DNA of 64,000 bases, taken from contig MU006091.1 of assembly GCA_010093705.1 (NCBI GenBank), forward strand, positions 1,302,001-1,366,000, in the 5' to 3' direction. The position numbers and the translations under genes were made by a program. This stretch comes from Patellaria atrata CBS 101060 (Eukaryota). The notes under the pieces are model-generated. The model saw only the letters and a program-made list of their open reading frames with translations. It was not told where the DNA came from and ran no database searches. Of the stretch, positions 37,335 through 49,898 are shown one piece after another; position 1 is the first letter of the stretch; each line of letters starts with the position of its first letter.

Positions 37335-38605
37335 TTCTCAAATCTTTTCGAAGCGAATCGTGAAGGTGGTGTGACAAGGAGAGAGAGCTCTGGTACGGCT
37401 TCCGGGAAGTGAGCTCGTCGCGTGCCCGGTGCTACGGGATGTCAAAGGATGGGAGCTGATAGGCGATACAGCGGAGGATGGAGTTACTCGTAGGAATGAG
37501 ATGTAGGTAGCATGTTCAGGAGACACGACGGGAGTGGTAAAGAGAGGGGAGGGGAAGGTAAAGACAAAGAAATGGTTAGAAGCATTCGAGGTACAAGGAC
37601 CAGCATGAGGATGAGTGAAAATGGTTACCTAGCTGCAAGTTGTGATAATAGGTAGAACTAAGGTAAGGTAACTTAGCTGTCATCGCTGATCAGCTCGTGG
37701 GCTGTGGACTTTGTTGCGGGATGTGGGGTTGACAGGGAGCTAAAAAGGGAAGACTCCGTACGGTACTTTGATTGTACGATAAATCACTGTACAAGCGGAA
37801 GTACCGTACAACAATTCACATGTAAATTCAGCAAGACATGCTATTTGACTATACCAATTTATATTTTATGCACTCAAACCGCTTGATAGGTTTGTGGTAC
37901 TCACTGTACTGTACTTACAGTGCTTTTGAAAATATCGGAGACTCTGTGCCAGGGATTAACCTCCCCACCAAAACAGCCATAGTCGGTCAAAATACACGTT
38001 TTATAGACCATAAGGCTACTATATTAGTCGTAAATTTCAGATATAAATAGAATTTTAGTCATTTACTATAATATCTAGGTAAAAAAACCGCTTAATTAAG
38101 GCTATACTGGGGTAGTTACTTCGTTAAGGCCGTATCTTAGGTATAGAATGTTACGGCCACAGGACAAGCGAGGGAGAACACCGAGAGGTAGGGACATACT
38201 GTGGTAAAGTAGTACAAAACAAGGACACTAAGAGCATCGGAACGGAACAACTGACACGGAGATCACGTGATGTGCTTGGTGATTAGAAGCGCTTAGAGGT
38301 ATCGAGCATTGAGCAAGTCTGAGTAAGTAGAGTTTAGAGCTAGGAAGAAGGAATACTTAAGGACGCTCCTATATACGTATATTGAGATTCTTCGTAGTTC
38401 TTCTTACCAACATATCTTACTATAGATTGGATGTTACGGTCCTTGACTTAACTCTATCTTATCACGCTGTTTTTATACCGTATATCTTGTCTCTATTGTG
38501 AAAGCCCTTGAAGAGAAAGAGAGTTAAGGAGTCAGCAAGTTATATCGTTAACTTGAAGTGCAAACTTTTACACGATTTCCTATCAGTAGCGAGAACCTAC
38601 CCTAG

Positions 38606-38789
38606 TGGTGAAATTGAGGGTCACGCAAGGTGGGCTGGATATCAGATGGTTGGGGACCAGGATAAGTGAGATGGTTGAGCAGGCAATACTATAAGATAGC
38701 ACAGGCACCCACTCCAGATAGTTGACAATCAATGAACACTCTTACCCTTCTATCTACTATCTTAGCTCATACCTATGTGTATTTAATCA
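38606..38789. mobile_element. Short solo-LTR-like insert C (184 bp) inside A1
   Basis: Ends TGGTGAAAT...ATTTAATCA, with TSD CCTAG at 38601-05 and 38790-94. The segment is absent from the homologous position of A2. Confidence 0.75.
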
Positions 38790-38811
38790 CCTAGAAGGAG
38801 GATCACGTTAG

Positions 38812-39663
38812 TGTTAGATGGTGGAGCTGTTGGAGTATTGGTCCTACCGGCGACCAGGGCTAACGAGCTACTCGCTTATTTGGTATCAGCGTAACCAGGG
38901 TTACTAATCTGATACAGTACTAACTTATCTTTTAGTGCTTACTTTCGGTATCTGTATTTGCTGTTTTCTAAGACATAGATTTCATACTGTTCCGTCCGTT
39001 TTGGTGCACACCTGCAGTTGTTACAACGGGAGTCTACATTTATCAAGATAGAACAAGATAAGTCTAGAAACGCGCCAGGCTTCTCACTAACGTGATTAAC
39101 CTCAAAGGTAGGTTCCGTTAATGATAGGAATGATGTGTGAATTGGCACTTCAAGTTGACGATACAACTTGCTGACTCCTTAACTTTGTGGTGCTGCTCGC
39201 AATGAGACAAGACGTACTGTATGGAAACAGCGTGACAAGACAAAGTCAAGTTCTAAACCGTAACATCTAAATTTATTGGTAAGATATGTTGGTAAGAAGA
39301 ACTACAAAGAATCTAAATACATGCGTAAAGGAGCTTCCTTAAGTATTCCTTCCTTGAGTCCTATTTCGAGTGTTTGGACGTGTTGCACGTAGAAACCCTT
39401 CTGCGTCTACTGCGGCCAAACTCCCTTTTGGACGTGTTGGACGTAGAATTCCTTCTGCATCCACTGCGTCGAAATCACGTGATCTTCGTGTCACTGATTT
39501 TCCCCGTAGTTGTACCGTGTGATCCTTCTCCCTCCCCCACTTGTCAACTACATGCTTTTCATAACTTGTGGCCGTAACAGCAGTATATAACAGCTAGATA
39601 GATCCACTCTTTTGAGAATCAAGCGATATATTCAGTGCACCTGCAGATCCAGTTTATCTAACA
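38812..39663. mobile_element. Solo LTR B (about 286 bp native) inside A1
   Basis: Ends TGTTAGAT...ATCTAACA, with TSD GTTAG at 38807-11 and 39664-68. Removing it restores ATCACGTTAGTGAGAAGCC as seen in A2. Confidence 0.88.
39019..39579 (-). mobile_element. Solo LTR A2 (561 bp), same family as A1, inverted, inside LTR B
   Basis: The reverse complement starts TGTTACGGCCACA and ends CCCGTTGTAACA, like A1. TSD GCAGT at 39014-18 and 39580-84. Internal ~41-bp duplication at about 39374 and 39428. Confidence 0.9.
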
Positions 39664-40194
39664 GTTAGTGAGAAGCCTTGCGCGTTTCTAGACTTGTCTT
39701 GTTCTGTCTTAATAAGTATAGACTCCCGTTGTAACATAGAACTACTTCGGATCGTAAAGTTACGCTTTGGCGATAAGCCCGTACGAATCGCTTTAAGGAT
39801 TAATAATAGTACTACAGCTCAGCGCGTAGCCTAATCTAGTCTTATAATGTACTAACTAGAAGAAGAATACGAGGCATTTAAATTAATAGGACGTATGTTT
39901 TTCCTATCGTTTTCTAATATGGGCGTTTTGGTGGGGACGTAGGGACGGGGCTAATCCCCGGCACAGAGTCTCCGATATTTTGAAAAGCACTGTATTAGAG
40001 CATCCCACTAATTCTCTCCCAACTATTGGTCAGAGCTGGGAAAGCTTGATCGAATCGACCTTCTACTAAGATATCACTCCAAACCCCGTGCCACACACAC
40101 TTTCCATCTCTTTATCTGTCTACACTCCTTCTTACCGTCAGCATCTCGCTACAGTAGTAGGTAAGGAGGCAGCTCACGAGGAGATGGCTGCGTC

Positions 40195-41628
40195 ATGATA
40201 CTGACACCACTGCTGAAAAGATCAGCTAAAGGGCTATCATGGAAGAGCCTTTGCTTTTTTTCTTCGACCACATCGAGGAGAGAGATTCGCGATGTCGCAG
40301 AGTTGCCAGAACGATTACATCCGGAATATCACGGTGAGCGCAAATCTATACATTTATCAAGCTTCTCATCTTCATGACGGTCGGACATGCTTTATGCGCT
40401 GCCTCAAAACTAACGCCATCGACTACCAGATACGAAGCACCTCGAACTTCTTTGCCTCCACTGGCCCTGTCCTCCCCGCAACGTTCTCATCACAAAAAAG
40501 AACAGCGATCCCTCCATAACCAAATCCCTCGTCGAACTAGCCCATCACATCCATACGACATACCCCCATGTCAATCTAATCCTCGAGCCTCATGCCGCCG
40601 AAGAAGTCCACGAGCAGCTCTGCTTCCCCGTTTACTCCTCCCCAACACCCCGACATGAAGCACCGCCAGTGCTCCGGAACAAAGTCGACCTGATCGCCAC
40701 GCTAGGTGGCGACGGCACCATCCTCCACGCCTCCTCCCTCTTCGCAACGGCGAAGCGTGTCCCACCCATCCTCTCTTTCAGCATGGGCACACTTGGCTTC
40801 CTCGGCGAGTGGAAGTTCAAAGAATACAAGCGCGCCTTCCGCGAGGTATACATGTCCGGCGCGGGAGTCCGGTACGGCAGTTCCCTATTCGAGGAAGACC
40901 AGCCGGCCGCCCCATGCCCAGACGCTCCCAAAGAAAGCATCGCAAAGGATCCCTGCGACTCGAGTGCGCACATCCATCCATCAACTCCCATGGGCTGGTC
41001 CTCCATCCGCGGCATGTCCATGGGCAACGGACGCGGGGCACGGATTCTTCTCCGCAACCGACTCAAAGTCCAAATCGTGTCCCCCAGTTCTCGTAACCCC
41101 CCTCCCCCCATCCATGCCATGAACGAAGTGATCCTCCACCGTGGCGCCGACCCGCATCTAGCCATCGTCGAGGTCTTCGTCGGCGGACGCTTCCTCACCG
41201 AAGCCGTAGCCGACGGCATCATCGTCTCCACCCCCACGGGCAGCACAGCCTACAGCCTCAGCTCCGGCGGCAGCATCGTGCATCCGCTCGTCTCCTCCCT
41301 CTTGCTTACACCCGTCTGCCCGCGGAGCTTGAGTTTCCGCCCGCTGGTCCTTCCCGCCAACACGCCGATCACGTTACGGCTGAGCGAGAAGAACAGAGGC
41401 AGAGAAGTCGACGTGAGTATCGATGGTGTCAAGAGCAGCGTCGCCGTTGGTGTTGGCATGGAGGTCAGGGTCTGGGGCGAGGATATCAGGAATCGGGAAG
41501 GCGTGTGGTGCGGTGGCGTCCCGAGTATCGTGCGGGGACGCGAGAACGGAGCCGGCGGTGAGGATCATTGGGTGGGCGGCTTGAACGGGTTACTGAAGTT
41601 TAACTACCCCTTTGGCGAGGAGACGTAG
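40195..41628 (+). CDS. POS5: Mitochondrial NADH kinase Pos5; 2 exons
   Basis: Basic/Ser-rich presequence MILTPLLKRSAKGLSWKSLCFFSSTTSRR; LGGDGT; SFSMGTLGFL; AMNEV; DGIIVSTPTGSTAYSLSSGG; PRSLSFRP; LLKFNYPFG. Intron about 40334-40429. Confidence 0.9.
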
Positions 41629-42117
41629 GTAAGAGTCGAAACAGTCAGTTGGAGCCTTACGAGTTATGGGAAATTCCTGGTAATATTGGGTTGGTATTCT
41701 AACGTTGACTTGGAGTATGAGATGGGAACAAATATCCTTTTTTTTTTTTTGGCCAAAGTTAATACCCATTGATCCATTACCCAAAATCTCATATTAGGGC
41801 TGGCCAGATATAAGCGAGCCATCAGATACGGACGGTTACAAATACCGTAAAGTACAATAGAAGCACGTAGCGAAATTCCGAGCGTAAATTGTAACTGGAT
41901 CGATGAAGACGCAGAACACCAAATCTACCCTTCATATATACACGAAAAACCCAAACCCTCCAAACCCCCAAAGTCTCAACTCCCATCCCTCTAAAAAAAA
42001 ATTAAAAATTAAATAAATCGCCGCCTCCAAAAATCTCTCCCTTACCCTTTTATCTTCCCCTACTCCCCACTCCCCATCCCCTCTCACCTAAGAACACGGC
42101 CAAGCCCACAACCAAAC

Positions 42118-43997
42118 CTACCCCAACCCCCTCAACCGCCCCGTCGCAAAAGCCGCACCACCCGCCGCACACGCCCCAATAAAAAGACAAACAGCAATAG
42201 CATTGGGACCCTCAGTCCCATGATGCTCCCCGGGCGCGACCTCCTTCGCCAACTCCGGGCTCTTCCCGGGCTCGAGGATACTAAAGACGGCCCACGAAAT
42301 CGCGGTGCCGACGAACTGCGGGAGCGTGCAGTAGAGGTTCAGGATGCCGAGGTAGATGCCTGAGGTCTCGCCCGCAGAACCTGAGTCGGGGGAGGGGGAG
42401 GGTTGGAGGGGTTTGAGTTCGATGGAGGGGCGGGAGAGGGAGGCGCTGCGACGGTGGGGGTCTGTGGATGGGGTCGAGGAGGAGGGGACGTTGCTGAGGC
42501 GGTTTATTTCCATGCCCATGAAGGTCCAGGGGGCCCAGCAGCCTAGGGCCCAAGGGCTAGTGTCGTTAGTATATGGTCTGGCTCAAGTGTTCTTTTTTTT
42601 TTTTTGGGTGGGGGGAAGGGGGTTGCTTACATCCCGCATAGGGCGACTAGGATGGTAGCAGAGCGCAAGGACCGGACGAAGGGGGCTAGGATCATTGAGA
42701 ACGCGAAGACGAGGTGGGATAGCTGCCATGCGGTGAGGAGGGAGGGTTTGTATTTCTCCAGTTCGATAAGGAAGGAAGCGATGCTGGAGGGGGGCCGCGG
42801 GGTGAAGGCTGGTTTCTCCTCGTCGGGGGATTTGATGAGCCAGGGGAAGACGACGGAGCCGATGCATGTTACGATGGAGAAGACGATGAGGGAGGTGCTA
42901 CCTATGCGACCGATTTGACCAAGGGTGTCGGGGGAGTTACGGGTCTCTGCTGGAGCATCGTAGCGCATGTAGATCTCGCCGATCCAGGTGGTGCTATAGA
43001 ATAGGAATGGAAACCAGCCTGGCGATGTTAGTAGTGGTCATGATTATGCGCATATGTCTTACCTATCCAACACCAAAACTGTGTCCAGCAAATGATAGAT
43101 ATTCGCGGTGGGAGATTGGTAGCAGTCTTAAAGATCTGGTTGAGGACGAACATGGCGCCCTGAGACCCATCATTCTCCTTACTATTATATGTCAGAACCA
43201 ATAGGGCTGCAATGAGTTCCTTTCAACTCACCCGTCAGATATCAGAATCCGCTCTGTGACCGCCCAAGAGGTGATACCAATGGTCATACACAAAGTCAAC
43301 GCCGCAACTGCCGTCAATTGCTTGAACTGTGTATCCCCTAGCATGGTGCCAAAGAAGATTCTCAAATCCACAGCACCAGCGCCGTATCCGACAAGCGATC
43401 CGGCCGCAATCATCCTCGTAGCCCAAGCCGAACCCAACTGCTGCTTCGGTATCGGCAGCGTATCCACAACGAGACTTCGGCATGAAGCTTGGACCGCATT
43501 AATCGCAAAATCGACTCCATAGATGCTCAAAACTGCCAGAGCAATTGTGATCTCCCTTTTCGCCTCTTCTTCAGTTACGAAATGTCCCACAATCTCCTTC
43601 GTCCATCCCAGTATCAGTAAGCACGCGCTCACGATCACGGTACCGATCACCATAAACGGTCTTCTTCTTCCCCACGGGGACCGCGATCGATCGGCCACAA
43701 CGCCAACTATAGGTTGCATTATAAGACCCGAGAGAGGCCCCGCGATCCAGACGAGTGAGATGCCGGATTTGGTAAGGCCGAGTTGGAGGAGGTAGGGTGT
43801 GCAGTATGTCATTTCGATACCCCAGGTGAATCTATGATACACACAAGATTAGCAGAGAGCTTACGAGGGATAATTGTTAGAAGGTTTGGGGAGCATTACT
43901 GTAACCCTATTAAACTGCACGTCAGGAGAGCCATTTGCATGGACTCGGTGGAGCCCTTAATGGAGGCTGTACCACCCCATTGAGCCGGTTGACCCAT
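42118..43997 (-). CDS. Sucrose/general alpha-glucoside:H+ permease (Sut1-like, GPH family MFS); multi-exon
   Basis: WGGTASIKGSTESMQMALLT, FTWGIEMTYCTPYLLQLGL, WIAGPLSGLIMQP, GRRRPF, DFAINAVQ, W/IGWFPFLFYSTTW and GIYLGILNLYCTLPQF. Confidence 0.88.
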
Positions 43998-45442
43998 TGT
44001 GATATCTTTTCCCTCGCTCCTTTCCTCCCTAAGTGTTTATATTACCCCCTCTTGCGTCTTCCACGACGACCTCCGATCCCTGACCCACGAAGCTCAATAC
44101 AACCCTAGCACCGAAAATCGTAAGAGTTGAAGATAAGAATGCGCCTATGGAGGCCGTATAACGTCTATGTCTCCACCCTAAACATCGGGAAGTCACAAAT
44201 CGTTTGGTCGTATCAAAGATATCGTGCCGTGATATACGGAATAGTTACGAAGGGAGTCAAAATGTCACTCAGGGACTCCAGAGAAGACCTCAATCACAGC
44301 TCAAGTAGCCACAAATTGTCCAGATCTCTCGTATCCACCGCCACTCAGGTACGAAATACAAAAAGCAGAAGCTAAACGCAACCAAAAAGCAAAAGAAGAC
44401 GCCGGTGACGCCTTAAATAGGAGATTTTGTGTATAGTTCAACGCATAACGGGGGTATTGGATACATTGACGATTACTTTTTTAAGCACGGGCCACGCCGG
44501 TGTTCCTGCGCGTAGATCACAGGGGGTTGGAGATAAGCTTCGCGTCTGTCGGATATGAGAGACGACGTCAACTTTCAGATTGATATTGACTGTATTTCTA
44601 CAGTGATATAGTCTCGAAAGCTCTAGACATTACTTCTTTATCAAAATACTCTCTACACAATCGATCCCGAATGATATATCGGAGAACCGAGCCAACAGCT
44701 CAGAGCTCTACCTCAAATTCTCTCAGACCTGACACTCTCTATGGCCCTTCATACCTGACAGCTCCTTGAAATAACTTACAAAACGGCAAGACCTGGCTGT
44801 CAACTTGTTCAGAACAGGGTATCGAAACGCTTCAGTGAGACGATAATTCATGTATCGAGTCAGGCTAAGAACCCGTATTACGTATAATCCTCGCTGGTTA
44901 TATTTTATCATGCAACAAAACGCGCGTCCGGTGGTGTATTTGTCTTGGTTACTCCCCCAAGTCTTTTTTCTAACGTCGTATCGGACTTCTTGCACTTGGC
45001 ATTTGTCATCGTGATGTTTCGGTAAGGGGAAACGATGTATGTAGCATTATAGCAAAGGTAGCGGACGAGTGGATGTGTGGGATGAGGTGATTCAACTCAA
45101 TGATTGCGACTAAGATGCAACCAGAAGGAAAGGAGTGGCGGAAAAGGGATGTATACGGACACCGCACTTTGAAGAAGTACGAAATAGTTAGGGATGCTCT
45201 AGAGTTTTGACTTAACTATACGAACGAACGTGCAAAATCGATGCTACACTGAACAAATATCCTCCAGGGTATCTCCCAACAACCGTCCACAGGCGCGTCC
45301 CAATCGAAATAGACGCGCCGCATATGCTTCTCAATTCTATCCTCCTATACCAATACCCTGGAATGCTTTTATAACAGAATATAGATGGGAACGCTCACAA
45401 ATGCTGGATAAAAATAACGTAACGGAAAGTGAAGCATAAAAA

Positions 45443-48214
45443 TCACATCAGTACACACTCCCTATCTGGCGCCTTATGGTGGTGATGATGGGCCTCCTTC
45501 TCTTTCCCGTGACTCCGACCGCCAAGCCGTTCTTTGACCTTCTTCGACTTCGATCTCCCAAGTCCTGTGGCCTTTTCTTTCTCCTTGTTGTCGGTCGAGT
45601 GGACTCCAGAAACATGGACTTCCGGTGTTGATGTGTCCCCGGTCGTCAATCGGTCCCGACTGATCATACCTCCTAGCTTTGCAATAGAGAAGCCATGTCC
45701 CGTCTCTCCGCTCGCCGGTCTACTCTTCTTCCCGGATGGGCCAGACTTCGAGCTACGCCTGCTGTTCGGAATAAGCCCTGGACTGGTCTCCTCAGCTGGT
45801 GTTGTAGGGTCATTCTGGACGCTACTCAGTAAACTTTGATCGTCGAAGGTAACACTGGTACGACGATCACCATCGATGCCGGATGCGGCCGAAATGCTAG
45901 ATCGACTGTTACGTTGTTGATCGAGGCTGAGGCGGGAAAAGTCGATGCTATTGTTGCCGGAGCAAGTTTTGGAGTCGGGAACAGGAGAAGGGTCACAGGA
46001 GGGTTGATCAATCATGATGAGCATCTCAGAGGAAGGGTTTTCAGTTGGCGATTCGGGCGTCCCTACCAATGTGACGTCAGTTTTGGAGGTTGCCGTGGAG
46101 GTAGTTGTTGAAGCGAGATCATTTTTAGAAGGATTTGCACTGATGGAGTCAACTGTACCGTCCGCCGAGGCCGTGCTTTGCTTATCGGGGTCCCAATCGA
46201 TAGGTTGCACTTGGTAGAATAGGAGGTACGGAGATTCTTCCTTCATTGCATCGTAGATGTTAACGTAAACGACACGCTCCTTTGCGAGATCATCTAGACG
46301 CATCCACGATTCGTTCGAGGCACTCAAGGGACTCCGCCCAGAGTCATCTGCTACCGGCCCATGGTTCGTTCCAGCAATTGGACATCGCACTAGAGCTATG
46401 TAGTGACCCGAGTTCGTCGAATTGCCGCGATGGCACACGACCGACTGCAATGAGAGCTTAAAATTGCCATATATCGGCCCATCTTCTTTCATCTGTTCAT
46501 CGGAGATAAAATGTGGTAGTCCTATCTCTAGGGGGATATCAATGTACGCATTGTTTTTCTTAGATGTCCCATCTGGGAGCATGGAATATCGTTTCAGGCA
46601 AATTCCTAGCATAGGGCGTGTTTCCGTGAAATGTGCTGCGACTTGGAGGTCATTCGTAGGAGCATTGTCGGTATACCATGCTGGGTGTGTCATTCAGTAT
46701 GATACATATGTAACATTTACTAGTAGACTTGCTCACTTACGGATAAGACTGAAGAATTGCCAGGCCGGCATCAAAACTTCCCTGCGTAATGAATTCGCTC
46801 GAGTACGCCCACTCATTATTGAAACATTATCCATTGATCTCTTCTCATCTGTGAGAACATGCCTTTGACTGAATATGCTATCCGCTCTTGTTCGGCCCGT
46901 AAGAGGTCTGTGTGTTGATATCGGAGTGCCAATAGGTGTCAATGCAGAAGGAGAATCAGGCGTCATGGGGACTTCTACAGTCTCAACGTAAATTGAGCTG
47001 TTCTTAGCTTTATCCACTGGTCCAGCGTGCTGCATGGTATTCCTCCGAGCTAGATAACGTTTCACTTCAATTTTATTATTAAAGTAAGTTTCAAGACAAT
47101 CTTCCAGCTTGATCATGTCGTTCCCTTCACTTGGCTCCGCGGGTATCGCAACTTCTAGTAGCCTCTCGTTAACGAACTTATGATCATCTGCGGCATCTTC
47201 TTTCCCGGTATGATAAATGTCCATTTTTAGAGTTAGTAAGGGCAACTCTAGCGTCCCGGTTATGAAAGTGAACGCCTCTGACACATCTTGTTGGTGGAGC
47301 ATTTCAGCATCCTCCCAACCACAACTTGAAAGTGCTTCTTGGATATGCTTCACCTATTGGACGATTAGCCCCCAGCCCCCTATCATTAATTTTTACTTAC
47401 AATGTCTACCGGGATAAGTCTGCCTGTCCGTTCTAAGTTCACCCACAGTCGTAGAAGCGCTGCTAGCCGTTTCCGTGGTTCATCGGGGAAGTTATCGAAC
47501 AGTATAGCCTCAAAGCTATCAAGTCTCGCAAACATTGCGAACAGTAGAGCGTCAAGGTAGCATGTGACATTGCCCCGGTTTTCTGCGCCCAGAAGTATGA
47601 CCTTCGGATCATATTCTCTGATGATCCCCTCCACCGAGTCCTGGAATAGTATCAAGAGATCTACAGCTCCGGTACTCTTTCCTTGAGTGCCATTGAATCG
47701 AAGTGCGTATGCGATGTGTTCGTCCTTGAAATGGGTTATGCCGAGAGCGGTCAATCTTGCATTTGCTGCTTTGATCTATCGTTGGGAAGTTGAGCTAAAA
47801 CTCAGGATTCATGATCGATTGTTCTGACCTTCTTCTCTTCCTCTTTGTCTGTCTTCTTTTTCACTTCCTCCGGAATGAAAATATCGTACAGATCCGTGGA
47901 GACGTTTCGGGGCTACAAATTCAATTGACATGTCAGTACTGTACTAATGGCCATCCCAACATCTAGGGGCGCACTCAAGGAAAGAAAAAAAGGTAAAGGA
48001 TATAGACAATGGTTGAGAGGAACTGAAATGGGAAGTTTTGATGACCTTATATAAACCCTATTGTCATATCATAGCTAGAGAGAGTAGGTATATTGAGGAG
48101 TAGCCGTAGACTTGTGAACAAACACTATTTAAGATGGTATGGTAACATTACCTTACTCCGATTCCTCTTATGATTTTTGTCTCGCCGACTGAGAAATCTG
48201 GACATGCCACTCAT
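45443..48214 (-). CDS. Ubiquitin C-terminal hydrolase (USP/C19 family) with C-terminal CaaX box; multi-exon (5' exons less certain)
   Basis: Cys box GAENRGNVTCYLDALLFAMF; QQDVSEAF; His box VVCHRGNSTNSGHYIAL; RLDD; PYLLFYQ; protein ends ECVLM. Confidence 0.85.
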
Positions 48215-48749
48215 CTTGTATACTATGCGATGCTACTGTTACAAATAGCAAAGAATGGTCTGATCTAATCTTAACATAATAGCAATGGTGGTTATTTTTT
48301 TGGGCGGACGATTGGCGGGGCAGGCAACCCTATAACGGGCACCTTGGTCGCGAATGATGCTGCCTTGCGGACATTGATGCGTCGTCAGCAATTTTGAAAC
48401 TTCCGGTCGAAAAGTCTAAGAGCTTTCAACGCCGACTCATCGTTATTTTGGGTTTTGTTGGTCTGTTCGGGGTGATGGAGTTTGCAGAATCCAGAACGAT
48501 GATGTTTCTGCAAAAGGTGACAGGGTGAGTATATCTAGTCCCGACTCTAAGGATTCAAGGAGCCCGAGGGGAGCGTCTACCCACCGCGGAGCCGTAAGAG
48601 TCTTAGGGGATTTCTCTTGTGCATCGTACACACTTTACCCGACCACGCTAGCGAAAGAAACTCCAGATTCTGGAAGCCCCATCAGCAACCTTGACACGGC
48701 ATTGACTTCCAGCTTCATCGCGAACTCCCATCGTTAGTCTGCTAGTTCA

Positions 48750-49898
48750 ATGGTTCTCTATGAGCTGCGCACCGGAGCGCCCGCAATTCTAAGACGCGAT
48801 GCGCAGGCCCTTTTTCAGAGTACCAGGACATGTTGTCGTCGATACGCATCGAGCACAGCGACCGAGGAATTAGAACAAACATCATCGTTCTCCACACCTG
48901 ATCCATCCGAGGACATTATCAAAAACTATGATCCGATAGCGAGAAGTAGGAAGAGGAGCGTACAACTCCCGCCCAGTAGGTATGTAGCCACCGTACAGAC
49001 GAAATCATATTCCATCCAACCTTTACTAACAAGTACAGATATCAATTCCGGCCTCCAAAATACTACCGCGGTCCTTTACATCCACATCAACCTCCGCACC
49101 CTTCAGATCCATCCTCCCGCGAGTTTATCCCAGGACCCTTCACTCTCCCACGCCTTGAGCAAACATACGAGAGCACAATAGCGCCAGACCTCATGACCCT
49201 CACATACACTCATTTTCCACCAGGTTATAGAGCTCCAGAAAAGTCGGAACGATTGAGGACATGGAGAGGGGATTCCCCGTATTTCAAGAATAGACCCTTA
49301 CGTGGACCTAGGGGTGGTGATGCTCTACGGTTACTTAGAAAACCCATCACTTTCCGCAATATTCCCCGTATTACTGGGGTGACTATTCATTCCATGGTCA
49401 AAGAAGCAAAAGAAGATAGTGCATATCTACATGTTGCGGGTATGGTGATGCAGGCAATTTCGAATGTCAAAGTTAAAACGCACGTAGCAAAAAGTTCGGT
49501 AGCACAATGGGGTCTCCGTGAGGGGAAGTATATATCGGCTACAGCTCACCTCAAACAAGAGGACGCGTTTCACTTCCTCAGCAAGTGTGTAGATGTAGTT
49601 TTACCCCGAATCAAGGATTGGAAGGGTCTGAAGGGAAGCACGGGTGACAGCAGCGGTAATCTCAATTTTGGTCTAACCCCGGAAGCTGTTGCTTTGTTCC
49701 CGGAGATCGAAATCAATTATGACATGTAAGTACACCCGACATATTCTTTAACACAGTACTCACTCATATATCAGGTATCCACCGAAAATGATTCCTGGTT
49801 GCAATATCATCATCCACACCACAGCAAGGACTGATCGGGATGCTAGGCTGCTGATTCGCGCCATCGGTTTTCCATTTTACGGGAAACTCGTAGATTAG
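48750..49898 (+). CDS. MRPL7: Mitochondrial ribosomal protein uL5m (54S L7); 3 exons
   Basis: LPPSR/YQFRPPKYYRGPLHP, SPYFKNRPLRGPRG, DVVLPRIKDWKG, GDSSGNLNFG, FPEIEINYDM/YPPKMIPG and TTARTDRDARLL; mitochondrial-type leader. Confidence 0.9.

Larger units (their letters stand above)
38149..39736 (+). mobile_element. Solo LTR A1 (about 542 bp native), interrupted by two further insertions
   Basis: Ends TGTTACGG...TTGTAACA, with 5-bp TSD TAGAA at 38144-38148 and 39737-39741. Confidence 0.88.
37918..39992. mobile_element. Non-autonomous Tc1/mariner-type element (MITE, about 482 bp without inserts)
   Basis: Left TIR CAGTGCTTTTGAAAATATCGGAGACTCTGTGCCAGGGATTAACC versus the reverse complement of the right end CAGTGCTTTTCAAAATATCGGAGACTCTGTGCCGGGGATTAGCC (41/44 identical). 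TA flanks both ends (37916-17, 39993-94). No transposase ORF. Confidence 0.9.

Noticed and set aside
37758..37809. 11-bp inverted repeat GTACGGTACTT/AAGTACCGTAC next to the MITE
   Set aside because: TACNGTA-type words are common in intergenic DNA here, and there is no TSD or second copy.
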